This document shows positions 38,029 through 50,459 of a stretch of DNA of 64,000 bases, piece by piece. The position numbers were made by a program, and so were the translations under genes. Positions within the stretch are counted from its first letter, which is position 1, and each line of letters opens with the position of its first letter. Below the pieces are notes generated by a model, which saw only the letters and a list, made by a program, of their open reading frames with translations, had not been told where the DNA came from and did not search any database. This DNA comes from Paecilomyces variotii (Eukaryota): the NCBI GenBank assembly GCA_004022145.1, contig RCNU01000001.1. One strand, written 5' to 3'.

Positions 38029-39171
38029 TCAATCGAACGTAACTTTCTTTCCCTGGGACGCGACAATTGCACCACTCAGCCTCTGCACAGTCTCTTTCGA
38101 ATAGCGGGAATTGTCATGGCTGTCTCCCTTGGGTTTCGTAAAACGCGGTTTAGGATTGGAGTGTCTCGTATGGTTGTCGGACGCTGTTACATCGCCGTAA
38201 TGCTCGACCGGACCGTCCTTATTCTTGCTCTCTTTTCCGAAGCGCTTTTTATATCTAGTAGCCGGGTCCTCTGCGAATTCTGTCCTCAGATGCCGACCGA
38301 GCAGTCTGTTAACCCATACTTTCCGGAACTTCGGTTTCTTGGGCTTCGCTTTATTCCCAGCAGCAGAGTCTTCAGCATCTTCTTCTTTGATGTCTTCCTC
38401 CTCCTCCTCCTCCTCCGCGATGTTGACGAAACCGCGGACTGCTGCCGTTGCGGCTTCAATATCCTCAAATTCAACCCAACCGTATCCCTTGCATTTTCCA
38501 CTGTCCTCGAAAGTTGCTAGGTGAATGTTTGTGATAGTACCGCATCTTTCAAAGTGCTCTTCGATGATCTCCTTTGTGGCGTCGAAACCTAGGTTACCAA
38601 CGAAGATACGCTTCGAGGGCAGTTTTCCAGAGTCGCCCGGGGTTGACCCTCCAGGTCCTTCCTGGTGCTTCTCTGGTCGGCCCTTGAAATCATGTGCATC
38701 TTTAATCAAAACGGGGCGTCCCGATAGAAGCTGCTCACTGAGCGCAATAGCCTCTTTCACAGCCTTAGCGTTCGAGAAATCGACATAAGCAAATCCTTTG
38801 TTCTGTGCCTTCCCGTACTTCTCCGGGCCACTTGGAAGATGCAGTCGCGTAATCGTGCTATCGGGAAAGGTACAATTGCTTATGATGAACTTGCGAAGGT
38901 CGTCTTTCGTGACGGAGAATGCAAGGTTTCCGATCCAGACGCCGTGTGACGAACGGTGGTTGGACGAATCTTGATCTGCGATTTTTTGAGGGGCTTCGGA
39001 ATGCTGTGATGTAGGGCCCGTTACTGCCTCATGATCACTGGCGGTGCCCTTCTTTTTTGCTTTGCGTAGAGCCTTTTTGGACGGAGGTTCTGGTGCAGCG
39101 ACATCAATCTCGATTTCGGGCACATCCTGCAACTTCCGCTTCTTCTCTTTCCCTTCTCCCAGCCCTGCCAT
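38029..39171 (-). CDS. NOP13: Nucleolar two-RRM RNA-binding protein Nop13/Rnp24 (380 aa)
   Basis: Single exon. EIEIDVAAPEPPSKKALRK; RRM1 VWIGNL...KGFAYVDF; RRM2 IFVGNL...ATFEDSGKCKGYGWVEF; C-terminal GKKVTFD. Confidence 0.85.
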   Translation of the reverse strand: MAGLGEGKEKKRKLQDVPEIEIDVAAPEPPSKKALRKAKKKGTASDHEAVTGPTSQHSEAPQKIADQDSSNHRSSHGVWIGNLAFSVTKDDLRKFIISNCTFPDSTITRLHLPSGPEKYGKAQNKGFAYVDFSNAKAVKEAIALSEQLLSGRPVLIKDAHDFKGRPEKHQEGPGGSTPGDSGKLPSKRIFVGNLGFDATKEIIEEHFERCGTITNIHLATFEDSGKCKGYGWVEFEDIEAATAAVRGFVNIAEEEEEEEDIKEEDAEDSAAGNKAKPKKPKFRKVWVNRLLGRHLRTEFAEDPATRYKKRFGKESKNKDGPVEHYGDVTASDNHTRHSNPKPRFTKPKGDSHDNSRYSKETVQRLSGAIVASQGKKVTFD

Positions 39172-39531
39172 TTCGAATAGGGTCAGGCGTGGATTTCACC
39201 GGGAATAGGAGTGAATAAAATAGAATACTTTTCTCCTATTGAAACACGAGTCAAAAAAGATAAAAAAGTGTCAAGTGAATAATTTTTTTCTGAATTGCAT
39301 CCGCCGCAATTCTTCCCAGTGAAAGTTTTACGGCGGTCTAAAACACCTGCAGGCGCAAATCTCGAATCCGCCGAGCGGCTCGCTTTGTTCCATTCTTGGC
39401 TAGATCGAAGACCGCGATCCTTTCTAAGTCGTGAGCTGGAGAGCTGAACCTAACTCCTTCATCTCCAGTTTCGTGCTTCTATTTCCACTCTTCCTCTCTA
39501 CATTTGACCCTGTTTGCGCATCCCACCTATC

Positions 39532-40681
39532 ATGCCTCAAGAACACAGTGGGCAGACGTCAATGAGCGACAGCTTACCTGATGCGCAGCCGGCTGCAGCC
39601 CCTACGAAGCAGACGTACAAATCGTTCAAGTAAGAGCAACCCAATGATGGTAGTAACACATTCTCTGATTCGTTTTTAAAGAAAGAAGTATGCGAAGCTC
39701 AAGGTCCAGTTTGAACTTGGCATGAGGGAGAGCGAAGCGCTCTTTCGCGAACAGATGCGCATACAGGACCTCTCAAACAGAATACAAGAACAGAACGAGT
39801 ATGTCTGGGTTTCCTTCAGGATTTACGCGAGCTACTGAATTGACATTCCTGTTAGCCAACTTCTAGAAGTCCTGCTCGAGTTCAATGAGAGTCTTCACGT
39901 ACCTACTCATCTACGCTATGACTTGAATGTTCCGGGCGAGTCTCCTGCTTTGAATCCCGTGGACGAAGAAGCCCAGCCGCCGCCGTCCTACGATGTCGCA
40001 ACTGCAAAAGCGACTTTAGATGAAGCGCGCTCCGAATTGGCCTCTGGCGAGATCACCCCTGATACTTACCGTCGGCTGGAAGAAGCTGTAAAGCGGAGTA
40101 AGGCATTCGAACCGAGCAATAAATACCCTTCTTTGTTGCAAGTTCCGCATACAACCACAGAACAATTTTCACATGAGCTCGACGGCGATAATCTGGGCTA
40201 TCTCACACCGGAACACGAGGCCGAATACTTCTTGATGATGGATGCACGGCTGGGCGATGCGCAGGCCGCCGAGCAGCTTAGTCGTGCTCCAGAGAAACCA
40301 TCTCTCGCGGAAAGGGAAAGGGAAGCAGCACTTCGCAACCCTGTTTCAGTCTACAATTGGCTACGCAGGAACCAACCCCAGGTGTTTCTGCAGGACAATG
40401 AGATTACATCTGAGAAGTCTGTCTCGCGACCGGCCAATCTACGAACGTCCAAGCGAGCAACTCAGCCCCGGAAAGAAGAAGACGTGTACGATGAGGATGG
40501 TATTCTCATGGATGTCGCACCCGCTCCCGGAAGCAGCAGAGGCAAACGGAAGCGTGACGATGATACAGGATACCGCCCCAAAGGCGGGAGCAGCGGCGGT
40601 CGTGGAAGTCGAAAGAAAAAGGACGACGGCTCCTACGGTGGAAGACGTACCTCGAAAAGGTCATCTGGCGTGGGCGCTTGA
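39532..40681 (+). CDS. IEC3: INO80 complex subunit Iec3-like (346 aa)
   Basis: Exons 39532-39629, 39682-39798 and 39856-40681. YKSFKKKYAKLKVQF, EQNDQLLEVLL, LRNPVSVYNWLRRNQPQVFLQD and KRKRDDDTGYRPKGG. Confidence 0.82.
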
Positions 40682-41472
40682 CCGCTACAAGTCCCTTGTA
40701 CTATTTGTGATATTTTCTCTAACTTGTGTTACTATGCATGGCTCTTTGAATTCGGAACGGAAAATGTTTTGGCAGGAGAAACTAGGTAGGAGGTACATCC
40801 GCCCAAAACAGGAATGTCCTATCATCCCAAGTTACAAAATGTTTCATCCGACAGGCCTCGATTATGAGGGCGTAGCAGGAAATGAAACAAGCATATAATC
40901 ATTTGCGGGTTCCCGTCCACCTTAGTCAAAAGTGAATATACATCAAGTAATAAGAGTTCTATTATAGGGCGTTAAAGGTAGACCTCAGTAGAGGCATACT
41001 CTGTTGGAAAAAATGACTGCATTTCACAGGCCTCTCTTTTGGTCTTGTCGAAGTCATGGTCCGATAGTGTATTACATATTAGTGAGTCTAGTCCAGTCCA
41101 GCAATTACTGCTCTTAAACCGGTTATCTAGGCGATATTCTAACTACAGATACATAATCGCAATCTCTAACTATATTGTAAGAGAGCTCCAAAAGCGCTTA
41201 AAACATGACTATCCATATATATTAATATCTGCGTTTTACATTGGCTGCAAAACTGGAGAATGTTCATAAAGTCTTTGACTCTCGAGATGCTATATGTACG
41301 CACGGACCACAACCAGATTACTTTCTTTTTGTTAAAGATCCCCGCTAAGGTTCGTCAATTTCACTTACAAGGAACAACTTAACACAGCCCCATTGACTTG
41401 CTACGGCCATCTAGTCCAGGATCATTCTTTTTTCTCTAATATCATAGATCCCCAGTCGCATAACCCTCAGGG

Positions 41473-42679
41473 ATGGCAATCACTATCTTGCCCCCGGCTC
41501 CAGCGGAACCTCAGGTCCAACCGCAGTACGACGAGTCGGATTCAGAAGATGAAATCATGGAATCGAGTGATATCGCACGCCCTAGCAAGCGGTTACGTCT
41601 ACTAGAGAAGGGTTCGGAAGTTGTTACGCCAGGAGAAATTGTTACAGATGATCCACAGTGGATGAGGTTGGTATTCCTGCTTCCTGCTTTCTTGGCGCAT
41701 TACAGCGCGCTTCCGTTGAAGAATATTTCGTATGTACATTTGGTATTCCGACGCTGACAGACGTTGAAGAGGACATGGCACATACACAACGCCCCTTTCC
41801 AGTTCGATCATCGCTACAGTCGCTGGTACGGTCCAGAAAACCAATAAGCTGCTCTCTGTCGCGCCACTACGAGCACGGTACACACCAGAGATCGGAGATC
41901 TAGTAGTCGGTCGTATTGTCGAAGTCCAGTCGCGACGATGGAAAGTCGATGTCGCAGCACCGCTACTTGCTCAGCTGCCGCTTTCTGCGATCAACTTGCC
42001 GGGTGGAATTTTGCGACGACGTACCAGCGCCGATGAACTACAGATGAGAACGTTTTTCAGCGAGGGAGATCTAGTCGTTGCGGAGGTTCAGAGCGTACAT
42101 TCAGACGGAGGAGCGTCATTGCATACACGATCTTTGAAGTATGGCAAGCTACGGAATGGTATTTTCCTCGCCGTCACGGGTACCGGTGGAAGCGGCTCAT
42201 CGGGGTTTACTACGAAAGGAGGCTCGGGCTCTGCAGCGGGAAAAGCAGCGGGAGGAGTTGTTCGTTCGAGAAGACAGGTCTGGATTATCACCACGGCCAA
42301 TGGAGGTGGTGATGTCGACGTTATCCTGGGCGTGAATGGATACATCTGGATCTCGAAACATGCAGAAGGCACCGAGTCTGCGTCATCGACGACGGAAAGT
42401 GTCTCGATCACGAAGATGGAAGAGATGGTGTCCAGCTCCATCTACTCAAGTCAGAACGATGAAATCCCACCGCAGACGAGGCGCGAGATCGCCAGGCTAG
42501 CACAGTGTATCTGTGTTCTGGTCGAGTCAGGAATCAGAATTGATGAAGAGACCGTCATGCGTGCATATGAAGCTAGTCTTCAGGTTGATTTGGAGATGGC
42601 CGATGACGAGGCTGACGAGGGAAGTGCCTACCTTGGCGGCGAGAAGGCCAGGAGGCTAGCGGAGATTGTCTCCCAATAG
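41473..42679 (+). CDS. RRP4: RNA exosome cap subunit Rrp4 (367 aa)
   Basis: Exons 41473-41666 and 41770-42679. [21 protein letters not shown]1 domain [28 protein letters not shown] and [10 protein letters not shown]. Confidence 0.95.
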
Positions 42680-43166
42680 AAGATTATCTTCTGGCATGAA
42701 TCATCTGTATTTTATCTCCTGGAACCTGGTCGAGATACCCATAGAATAAGCAAAAAGAGAATACATTCTCCAAACGCCCCCAAGGATAAGGGAACAACAT
42801 TAGGGAGATTGCGCAACTCGAACAACTTTCTTCCAAGATATAATAACTTCGAATGCATAGAACTCGACCAATCTAGACCTTAAACCAAATCCATTTTTAT
42901 TTCTTTCTAATCCACGAACCATGTTGGCTGGTCATGTAATACTCCCTAAATCCAGCACTTGGATATGTTTGCCCTGTTTGTTCTCCCAAGTATCGGAAAT
43001 CATGTCAAGTCAGCAAGCAATTAATTTACCCCAGCATCGTAACCACTCCCCCAATCTCCCTTGTTACTTCAGGATTCTCTTGCTTTTCTTGATACCTGTA
43101 TAACTACAATGCAATTTTAGTGATTAATCTATTTATTTCCACCCCCTCCCCCCCAACCATTGCGCC

Positions 43167-44369
43167 ATGTCCGCACGCTCATATCTCTCCTCCGCATTAT
43201 CCTCCAGTCTACGCCCACGATGCCAGTCTGGACGAAAAGTCAATTGCGATCTCAGAATCTCCTCCAGCTTCGGCCCAAATCAACCTGCTATCTTCATATC
43301 ATGGAAGAGTATCCCGACAAGAAACTACGCCTCGCCAGCGAATGAGAAACGAAGCGTCCGAGCATCGTCGCAACCAGTACAGAAATCAGACCCAACAACA
43401 TCAACAACAACAACTACTACTACCACTCCATCATCAACATCAGAAGTGAACGCACCACTAAGCACCCTCCCCGTAAAACTCGACGTGCCCGCCCCAGCCG
43501 CATCTGACGCGACGCCCATCGACCAATTCAAGCGCTACATCGCTCTCGGTCGAGCGTATTATTCATTCTACAAAACCGGCCTAAAGAACGTCTACCATAA
43601 TTACAAAGCGTCGATTCCTCTCCGACGCTCGCTCGGTCTCCCAACTTACCTCCCCACATCATATCCGCCTGCGACGCAAACTTCATCGTCACAGGATGAC
43701 AAGACGCCGTCGTTCTTTTCCGCCGCTCGAGGACTGGGGTTCACTCGGGCGGATATCCAACTCGTGCGACGCGCCGCGTATGATGTTCGACGGATGATTC
43801 CGTTTACGCTGATTCTGCTGATTTGCGGGGAAACGACGCCGTTTATTGTGCTTGCGCTGGGCAATGCGGTGACGCCAGCGACGTGTCGGGTGCCGAGACA
43901 GGTGGAGAAGGAGAGAGAGGCGAAATTGAAGCGGAAAAACGCGGCGATCGCGGCGCATCAGGCTGCTGTGCAGGGCTCCATGGCTCCTGTGGCTGTGGGG
44001 TCGAAGGAGGAATTGGCGATTTTGGTGGATCAGTATGCGGATGTGGGCTTTGCGAATACCGCGTCTGCGGAGGAGGTGTTGCGGGCGTGTGCGGTGTTTG
44101 GGCTGGCGAAGACGCATACGAGGCCGTCGGCTCTGGTGCCGGTGGTGTATCGGCCGAGGTTGAGGCGGTGGGTGCAGTATCTGGAGCTGGATGATAGGTT
44201 GATCAAGCAGGGTGGTGGTGTCAAGGCGATGAGTGCGGATGAAGTCAGGATTGCGGTCGAGGAGCGCGGCGGAGTCGGTGCTGGAGGGGATGGGAGGAAT
44301 GATTGGAAAGCGGAGATGGAGGAGCGGAAGTGGTTGGAGAAATGGTTTGAACGGAGACGTGTGGATTGA
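43167..44369 (+). CDS. Mitochondrial LETM1-domain (ribosome-binding-like) protein (400 aa)
   Basis: Arg/Ser-rich presequence-like N-terminus. FYKTGLKNV, TRADIQLVRRAAYDVRRMIPFTLILLICGETTPFIV and YLELDDRLI...EVRIAVEERG. Confidence 0.78.
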   Translation: MSARSYLSSALSSSLRPRCQSGRKVNCDLRISSSFGPNQPAIFISWKSIPTRNYASPANEKRSVRASSQPVQKSDPTTSTTTTTTTTPSSTSEVNAPLSTLPVKLDVPAPAASDATPIDQFKRYIALGRAYYSFYKTGLKNVYHNYKASIPLRRSLGLPTYLPTSYPPATQTSSSQDDKTPSFFSAARGLGFTRADIQLVRRAAYDVRRMIPFTLILLICGETTPFIVLALGNAVTPATCRVPRQVEKEREAKLKRKNAAIAAHQAAVQGSMAPVAVGSKEELAILVDQYADVGFANTASAEEVLRACAVFGLAKTHTRPSALVPVVYRPRLRRWVQYLELDDRLIKQGGGVKAMSADEVRIAVEERGGVGAGGDGRNDWKAEMEERKWLEKWFERRRVD

Positions 44370-45215
44370 GCTGAAACTGAAGCTGATATCTATTCTCATG
44401 TTTTGGTTGACTACTGGGCAAGAGATGAAAAAGGCCGTGGGTTATATTCAGGGTTACATGTATAGTATACGTTGATGTAAAATAAACTGATATCTAGACA
44501 ATATCCAATTCCTATCTATATCACAGGTAATCAGGAAAGGGCTTGGAGATGGCATCTCTGTGCTCTAATGAACCAGCTGTAGAACAGTCTCGGTCTTGTC
44601 CTTGGATATTCTATGATACCTAGATGCGTTGAGTGGAGAATCCACGAGAGGATGCATGAGATAGTTCGAGATCTTGCCATATCTCGCCGTGTTGTGGAAC
44701 AGGCCTGAGGCGTCAAAGCCATGCTGGTGGGCAGGCATAACAATTAGGCGGTGTGCCAATTCTCCTGCAAGATGTTGATATGTGAACCGCAGCTTTTGTC
44801 GGTCTGCCGATCGGAGAAATCTCGACGCAGGTGGTCGCGTGATATAGGGCTGTCCGACTGGGTTAGACAGAACTAACTCATCCTCGATTACTTTTCTGTA
44901 AGAGACACGGATGATCGCTCCCATGGCTTTGATTCTAAATCCGTTGGGGATAGCCGGTAGTGTGCGATGTCCTGAATAGCACATATTCTTTCATCGTAAC
45001 GGATGACACGATATCTGAATCGGGGGAATCGGGTTCATCGCGCGAATCATGGACTGAGTGGTTCAGGAACAGAACGGTTGATTATTCCGTCAGTCCTAGT
45101 TGGCGACAACGGCCTGAGTTGTCGTGTTCGATCCAGGCCATCCTCGGATTGAACATCCTCTTTATCGTCTGCCTATCGTATTCTATAATGCCGGTCTTCT
45201 AGATAACACCCTGGC

Positions 45216-45918
45216 TCAGCCCTGGCCCGCATCACGAGACTGGCCATCCTCGACAGACTCCTGCTTCCGGGCGCTTTCCGCGGGGCGATTCGGTACCGAC
45301 GATTTCGACGCAGATGCAGGTATCTGGTTTGAGTCCCAATCGGACGGAGATGTTTTCTGTTCGTCCGGCGTAGAGTCCACGGTGGAAGGATTCCGCGTAT
45401 TTTGCTTCAAAGCATCCCGCTGCTCGTCTGGCGATGACTTTTTTGACAACAGCGGACGAAAGACATCCGGACTCGTTCGATCGTAAGCGACCTTGCGGAG
45501 CAGACGAGCCCGATTAGCGGCTCTGTGGACATGCAGGGTCTTTTCCAGACTGTCTGGAAGAATCCGGCCTTCCTTGTCGGTAGCAGCAGTAGACGGGACG
45601 CGGAGGCGGTCCAGGACTCTCTCTGAACGGGAACGTGTCCATCGGGGGAATAGTCGTGCAGACGATCGCTGCAGGATGCAGATATTGGTGATCCTTGTGC
45701 AGGACAGCCATGGTTGGCCTGAAGGAGTGCCCATGAGGGGCTTCGACGGGGCAGAGTCCGGTTGTCAACCCGGATCTCGATCGAGCAACGACGGAGAGAA
45801 AGCGATTTTCAGCGATAGATAAGATGGCCGATAAGATCTCCTGGCACGTGATCGTCGCGCTGCGATCGGAGTCGGCGGTCACATGCGGGCCAATCACAGC
45901 AGAATTGATCCTCATCAT
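45216..45918 (-). pseudogene. Probable frameshifted, truncated gene remnant
   Basis: Protein-like blocks lie in two frames: TITCQEILSAILSIAENRFL (ORF 46041-45514) and LPDSLEKTLHVHRAANRARLLRKV (ORF 45734-45216). I found no canonical intron joining them, and there is a stop at 45216. Confidence 0.45.
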
Positions 45919-45920
45919 GT

Positions 45921-45948
45921 TTCTTCTTCTTCTTCTTATTATTATTCC

Positions 45949-46003
<55 letters not shown>

Positions 46004-46035
46004 GTGATTATTATTACTATTTTTACTATTACTAT
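45921..46035. repeat. Compound microsatellite (CTT)n-(ATT)n
   Basis: ttcttcttcttc followed by about 18 perfect TAT units (45949-46003) with degenerate flanks. Confidence 0.95.
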
Positions 46036-47356
46036 TTCCACTCTTGATCACGAGAGTACTCTAGTCTCCTTTGTGTCTCCCTGATTCGTATTCTGGGTTG
46101 ACTATTATTGCCCCGTGTTCGACATCGTCCCCGTAGTTAGCCCCTATCTAGAGTAGATACGGTACTCTAGTTACCCCGTCTACAAGTTAGTTAGCCCATT
46201 CCTCCTTTTTCCAATTAAGAATTGAGTCAGGGGGACTAGCGGCAAATGCTCGATCGCCCAACAAGCTTCAGCATTCCACCTGAGAGTTGCGGCGCGATGC
46301 TTCCGCGCACTTCGCCGCCATTCCGTCACTTTCTCATGGCGATACAGGCCAGTCCGACTGATCGAGTGCATGGGCTGGCAAACCGTCGAGATGCGTCGAT
46401 CGGGGAAGTCAACCACGAATATGTGCGAGGGAGACCATGGCTGGCTGGCAGTCAAAGACTGAGTCTAGAGTAGGAAACGAAGGGCAATAATGATGTGGCT
46501 TGAGACGTGAAGCGCCAGGAACGTCGGTCGAGCCGGATTTTGCCTGCGAAGTTGCGCATGACGTAGGTAGATGGTGGGGGGTTTTTGGCCTGCAAATCCT
46601 GGAAGTGAATCAATTAATTGATTAATTCATTAATTAATTCTGAGGAGGATTTCGGATATGATTATTATAATCCATTAGAGATCAGTTTTGTTATTATATT
46701 TCCATCGCTGCTGTTCTCCTGGCTGGATGCATCCAACCCGCCACTGCTGATATTATTATCGATCACTCTATCTAGTAAAGGCACTCAATAATAATATACC
46801 ATAATAATCATCGTCCGACTAGCATTCTTAGAGTCGAGTCCAGACGGGCCCTTTCACTCCGCCAACGGCTAAGGCAGAGCAGAGACCATCTCGCGCCAAA
46901 AGAACCAGAGCCCCTCCACGCCAGCTAACGAACTAATTAATTCCCATCTGCTATTTCTAGAAGCGACCAGCACGACTAACTTAGGAGGTGAGCCCCGACA
47001 TCAAGAAGCACGACTGCTCCCCCGACACTTTATTATCACTCAATTCTGTCCTTGGCAGTCTCCCCGCTGGCTGTACCTGTTTTTTCTCCTCATCTCTCCT
47101 TCACGGAACCCCTCACTGTTCTCCAGGTTGATCCGGCTTTCTCCCTCCCCTCCGGTGAATCATCTGTGCTGGCCAATTCCGACATCGTGATCCCAGTGAC
47201 GTTCCTGGCACGATCAGCCTTGGTCACTCTTGATTTTCTAGTTACTAGTTCCTCTCTCTGGTGACCTTGACGGCGACATCCATGGCTGGTGTATTTCTCG
47301 CTTAGAAGAATCTCTGAATTGATCGATTGCGACCGTCGGGCTCGTTCTTGTGCAAG

Positions 47357-47442
47357 GTAGCCAACGAACCACCGTACCACCACTCAGCGTTACATCATTT
47401 CGGAATGGCCACCTGCTGACTTTTTCCTTCTCTTTCTGGCAG
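47357..47442 (+). other. Putative 5'-UTR intron of TPS2
   Basis: AAG|GTAGCC donor, GCTGAC branch, pyrimidine tract and CAG acceptor, 41 nt before the ATG at 47484. Confidence 0.6.
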
Positions 47443-47483
47443 CCATTGATCTCTCCCTTTCACATCGCGCGCATCTCCCAGCC

Positions 47484-50459
47484 ATGGCATCTCCGGTACC
47501 AGAGAGCCCTGGCAAGCTGCCCGACGGGCAGCCTGAACCCGTTATCGTGGGACCCGGCTTGAAGACACTGGGGGAGGATGCCTACCGGAAGGCATCGACC
47601 GCAACACCGAGCATGAGTGTCGATAAGGTAGATCAACCGTCCAGCGACGGTCCGTCGTACTTTGATAAGGTCCAAAGCAGCAAGGAAACCGCTGCCAAAT
47701 CGCCATCCACTCCCGCTGAAGCGATGGAGGGAGCCAGATCCGGTCCAGAGCTCCTACGACGGTTGAGCCTGGTCGGGGAGTCAACCCCCAAGACGCCCGG
47801 GACAGACCTTCGAGCGGCCCATCCGGGGCTGAAGTTGACGGGGAGGATCATCAACGCGGCGTTCTGCATTCCATACAAACTGGGCTTCCGGTCCGGGGCA
47901 GACTGGGTATGACCTCATTCTCTCTCTCCAGTCTGTGTCTGTCTTGTCTTATTCTCTCGGCTGATGGTTTCTCTCAAAAGGATCTCAAGCAACGCCCCGG
48001 AACGTTGTCTTTGTTCGATTCATTCGCGTATTTAGCATCACCCGAGTCCACATGGTCCCATACGCTGGTCGGCTGGACCGGGGAGGTGGAACCAATTCCA
48101 GATGGAAAGACGCCTCTACAGCCTCTCTCGGTCAATATCGAGGGGAATCTCCCCGCAGCTGCCAGCGGCGTCCGTCCTGCACTCAACAAAGCTGCCGCGC
48201 CCATTCCGGTGGATGCTCGTCAGAAGCCACCTGCGAACCCGCTGGTGGAGGGCATCAGAGTGACGAAAGAAGATCGCCAGCGTCTCGAAACCCAGCTTCA
48301 AGACAGCCGGTACGGAAGGATCCTTCCGCTCTGGTTGTTCGACGAATCGGACGAGCCGCAAGACGATATTGTCCTGAAGGATCAAGGTAGATGGAGGCGC
48401 TATGCGGAGCGTGAGCTCTATCCTCTACTCCACTACAAGCAGAACGGCCCAACCGATGGCAGATCAGAACGCAAATGGTGGGCTGATTATGTCCGCCTGA
48501 ATCGTCTATTTGCGGATCGCATTGCGAAGGCGTATCAGCCGGGCGACATCGTCTGGGTCCATGATTACCACCTGTTCCTTGTGCCCGGGATGTTGAGACA
48601 GCGACTTCCGAACATCTACGTTGGTTTCTTCCTGCACGCCCCCTTTCCCAGCAGTGAGTACATGCGCTGTCTGGCCAAGCGCAAGGAAGTCCTGACGGGC
48701 GTCCTCGGTTCCAACATGATCGGTTTCCAGACTTTCTCTTACTCAAGGCACTTTTCTTCGTGCTGCACGCGAGTATTGGGCTTTGACTCCAATTCTGCGG
48801 GAGTCGATGCCTATGGCGCACACGTCGCTGTCGATGTGTTCCCCATTGGAATTGACGTGCAGAATGTCCAGAGAGTAGCCTTCGGTAGCCAGGAGATTGA
48901 GGACGCAGTGGCCGGTATCCGCCAACTATATGCAGGGAAGAAAATTATCGTCGGTCGTGACCGGCTGGACAGCGTTCGTGGAGTGGCCCAGAAGTTACAG
49001 GCGTTCGAGACGTTCCTGGAGCGGTACCCTGAGTGGCGCGACAAGGTGGTTTTGATCCAGGTGACCACTCCGACGAGTCTCGAGGAGGAGAAGGAGGATG
49101 CGGATACCAAGGTCGCGAGCCAAATATCCAATCTCGTATCTACCATCAATGGTCGTTTCGGCTCGCTCAGCTTTTCTCCTGTTCAGTACTACCCGCAGTA
49201 CCTCTCGAAAGTGGAATATTTTGCCCTATTGCGAGTTGCCGACGTCGGTCTGATCACCACTGTTCGAGACGGCATGAACTCAACCAGTCTGGAGTACGTG
49301 GTGTGCCAGCAGAACAACCACAGCCCCCTGATCCTGTCCGAATTCTCCGGAACGGCAGGGTCACTGCCCAGCGCGATTCACATCAACCCGTGGGACCAAG
49401 GGGGAGTGGCAGCCGCCATCAACCAGGCGCTGACCATGTCTCCGGAGCAGAGACTGGAACAGCACACGAAGCTCTACAAGCACGTCACATCAAATAACAT
49501 TGCAGCCTGGTCAACGCAGTACCTGCACCGCCTCCTGACCAACCTGACCTCCTTTGACCAGTCGATCGCTACACCCGCCTTGGATAGGTCAAAGTTACTC
49601 AAACAGTACCGCATTGCCCGGAAGAGACTGTTCATGTTCGACTATGACGGCACCTTGACGCCCATTGTCAAGGACCCGCAGGCGGCCATCCCGTCCGACC
49701 GGGTCCTGCGGACGATCAAGACTCTTGCAGCGGACCCCAGGAACGCAGTGTGGATCATCAGTGGGCGAGATCAAGCCTTCCTGGACGAGTGGATGGGCCA
49801 TATCCCAGAGCTCGGGCTGAGCGCCGAGCACGGATGCTTCATCCGCAAGCCACGCTCGGATGATTGGGAGAACCTGGCCGAGCGGACGGATATGGGATGG
49901 CAGAAGGAGGTGATGGAGGTCTTCCAGCACTTCACCGAACGGACGCAGGGATCGTTCATTGAGAAGAAGAAGGTCGCTCTGACATGGCACTATCGCCGTG
50001 CGGATCCCGAGTATGGTGCTTTCCAGGCGAAGGAGTGCCGGAGGCAGCTCGAGGAGACAGTGGGCAAGAAATGGGACGTGGAGGTCATGGCTGGCAAGGC
50101 CAATCTCGAAGTGAGACCGACCTTTGTCAACAAGGGCTTTATTGCGGCCAGGTTGGTCAAGGAGTACGGGCCGCTCCCAGAATCCGCACCGGAATTCATC
50201 CTGTGCCTGGGAGACGACTTTACCGACGAGGGTAAGTTTTCTTTTTTTGTTCTTCAATTTCAACGTGTACATGTACTGACGCTTGATAGATATGTTCCGG
50301 GCTCTCCGCGACTGTCATCTTCCTTCCGACCACGTTTATACCGTGACGGTTGGCGCCAGCTCCAAGCAGACGGATGCGAACTGGCACCTGCTGGAGCCTG
50401 CTGATGTGATTTCCTGTGTCGCCATGTTGAACAGCAGCTCTTGTTCCGAGGAATACTGA
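47484..50459 (+). CDS. TPS2: Trehalose-6-phosphate phosphatase Tps2/OrlA (947 aa)
   Basis: Exons 47484-47906, 47981-50231 and 50290-50459. GT20 domain (WVHDYHL, GFFLHAPFPSSE, RDGMN) plus HAD phosphatase motifs FDYDGTLTP and GDDFTDED. Confidence 0.96.

Noticed and set aside
37289..38030. Short minus-strand ORFs and small hairpins downstream of NOP13
   Set aside because: No joinable gene model; 6-bp hairpins are expected by chance; likely 3' UTR or promoter.
40242..40898. 218-aa alternate-frame ORF overlapping IEC3 (and 34979-35614 within the Btz gene)
   Set aside because: No domain features; explained as off-frame openness within real genes.
45808..45918. C-box ATGATGA with downstream CTGA as a C/D snoRNA (also GTGATGA at 26381 and 50882)
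   Set aside because: No terminal stem or recognisable rRNA-complementary guide; cannot be supported without a snoscan/Rfam search.
45809..46084. Poly-Ile and poly-Asn ORFs
   Set aside because: Translations of the (ATT)n microsatellite.
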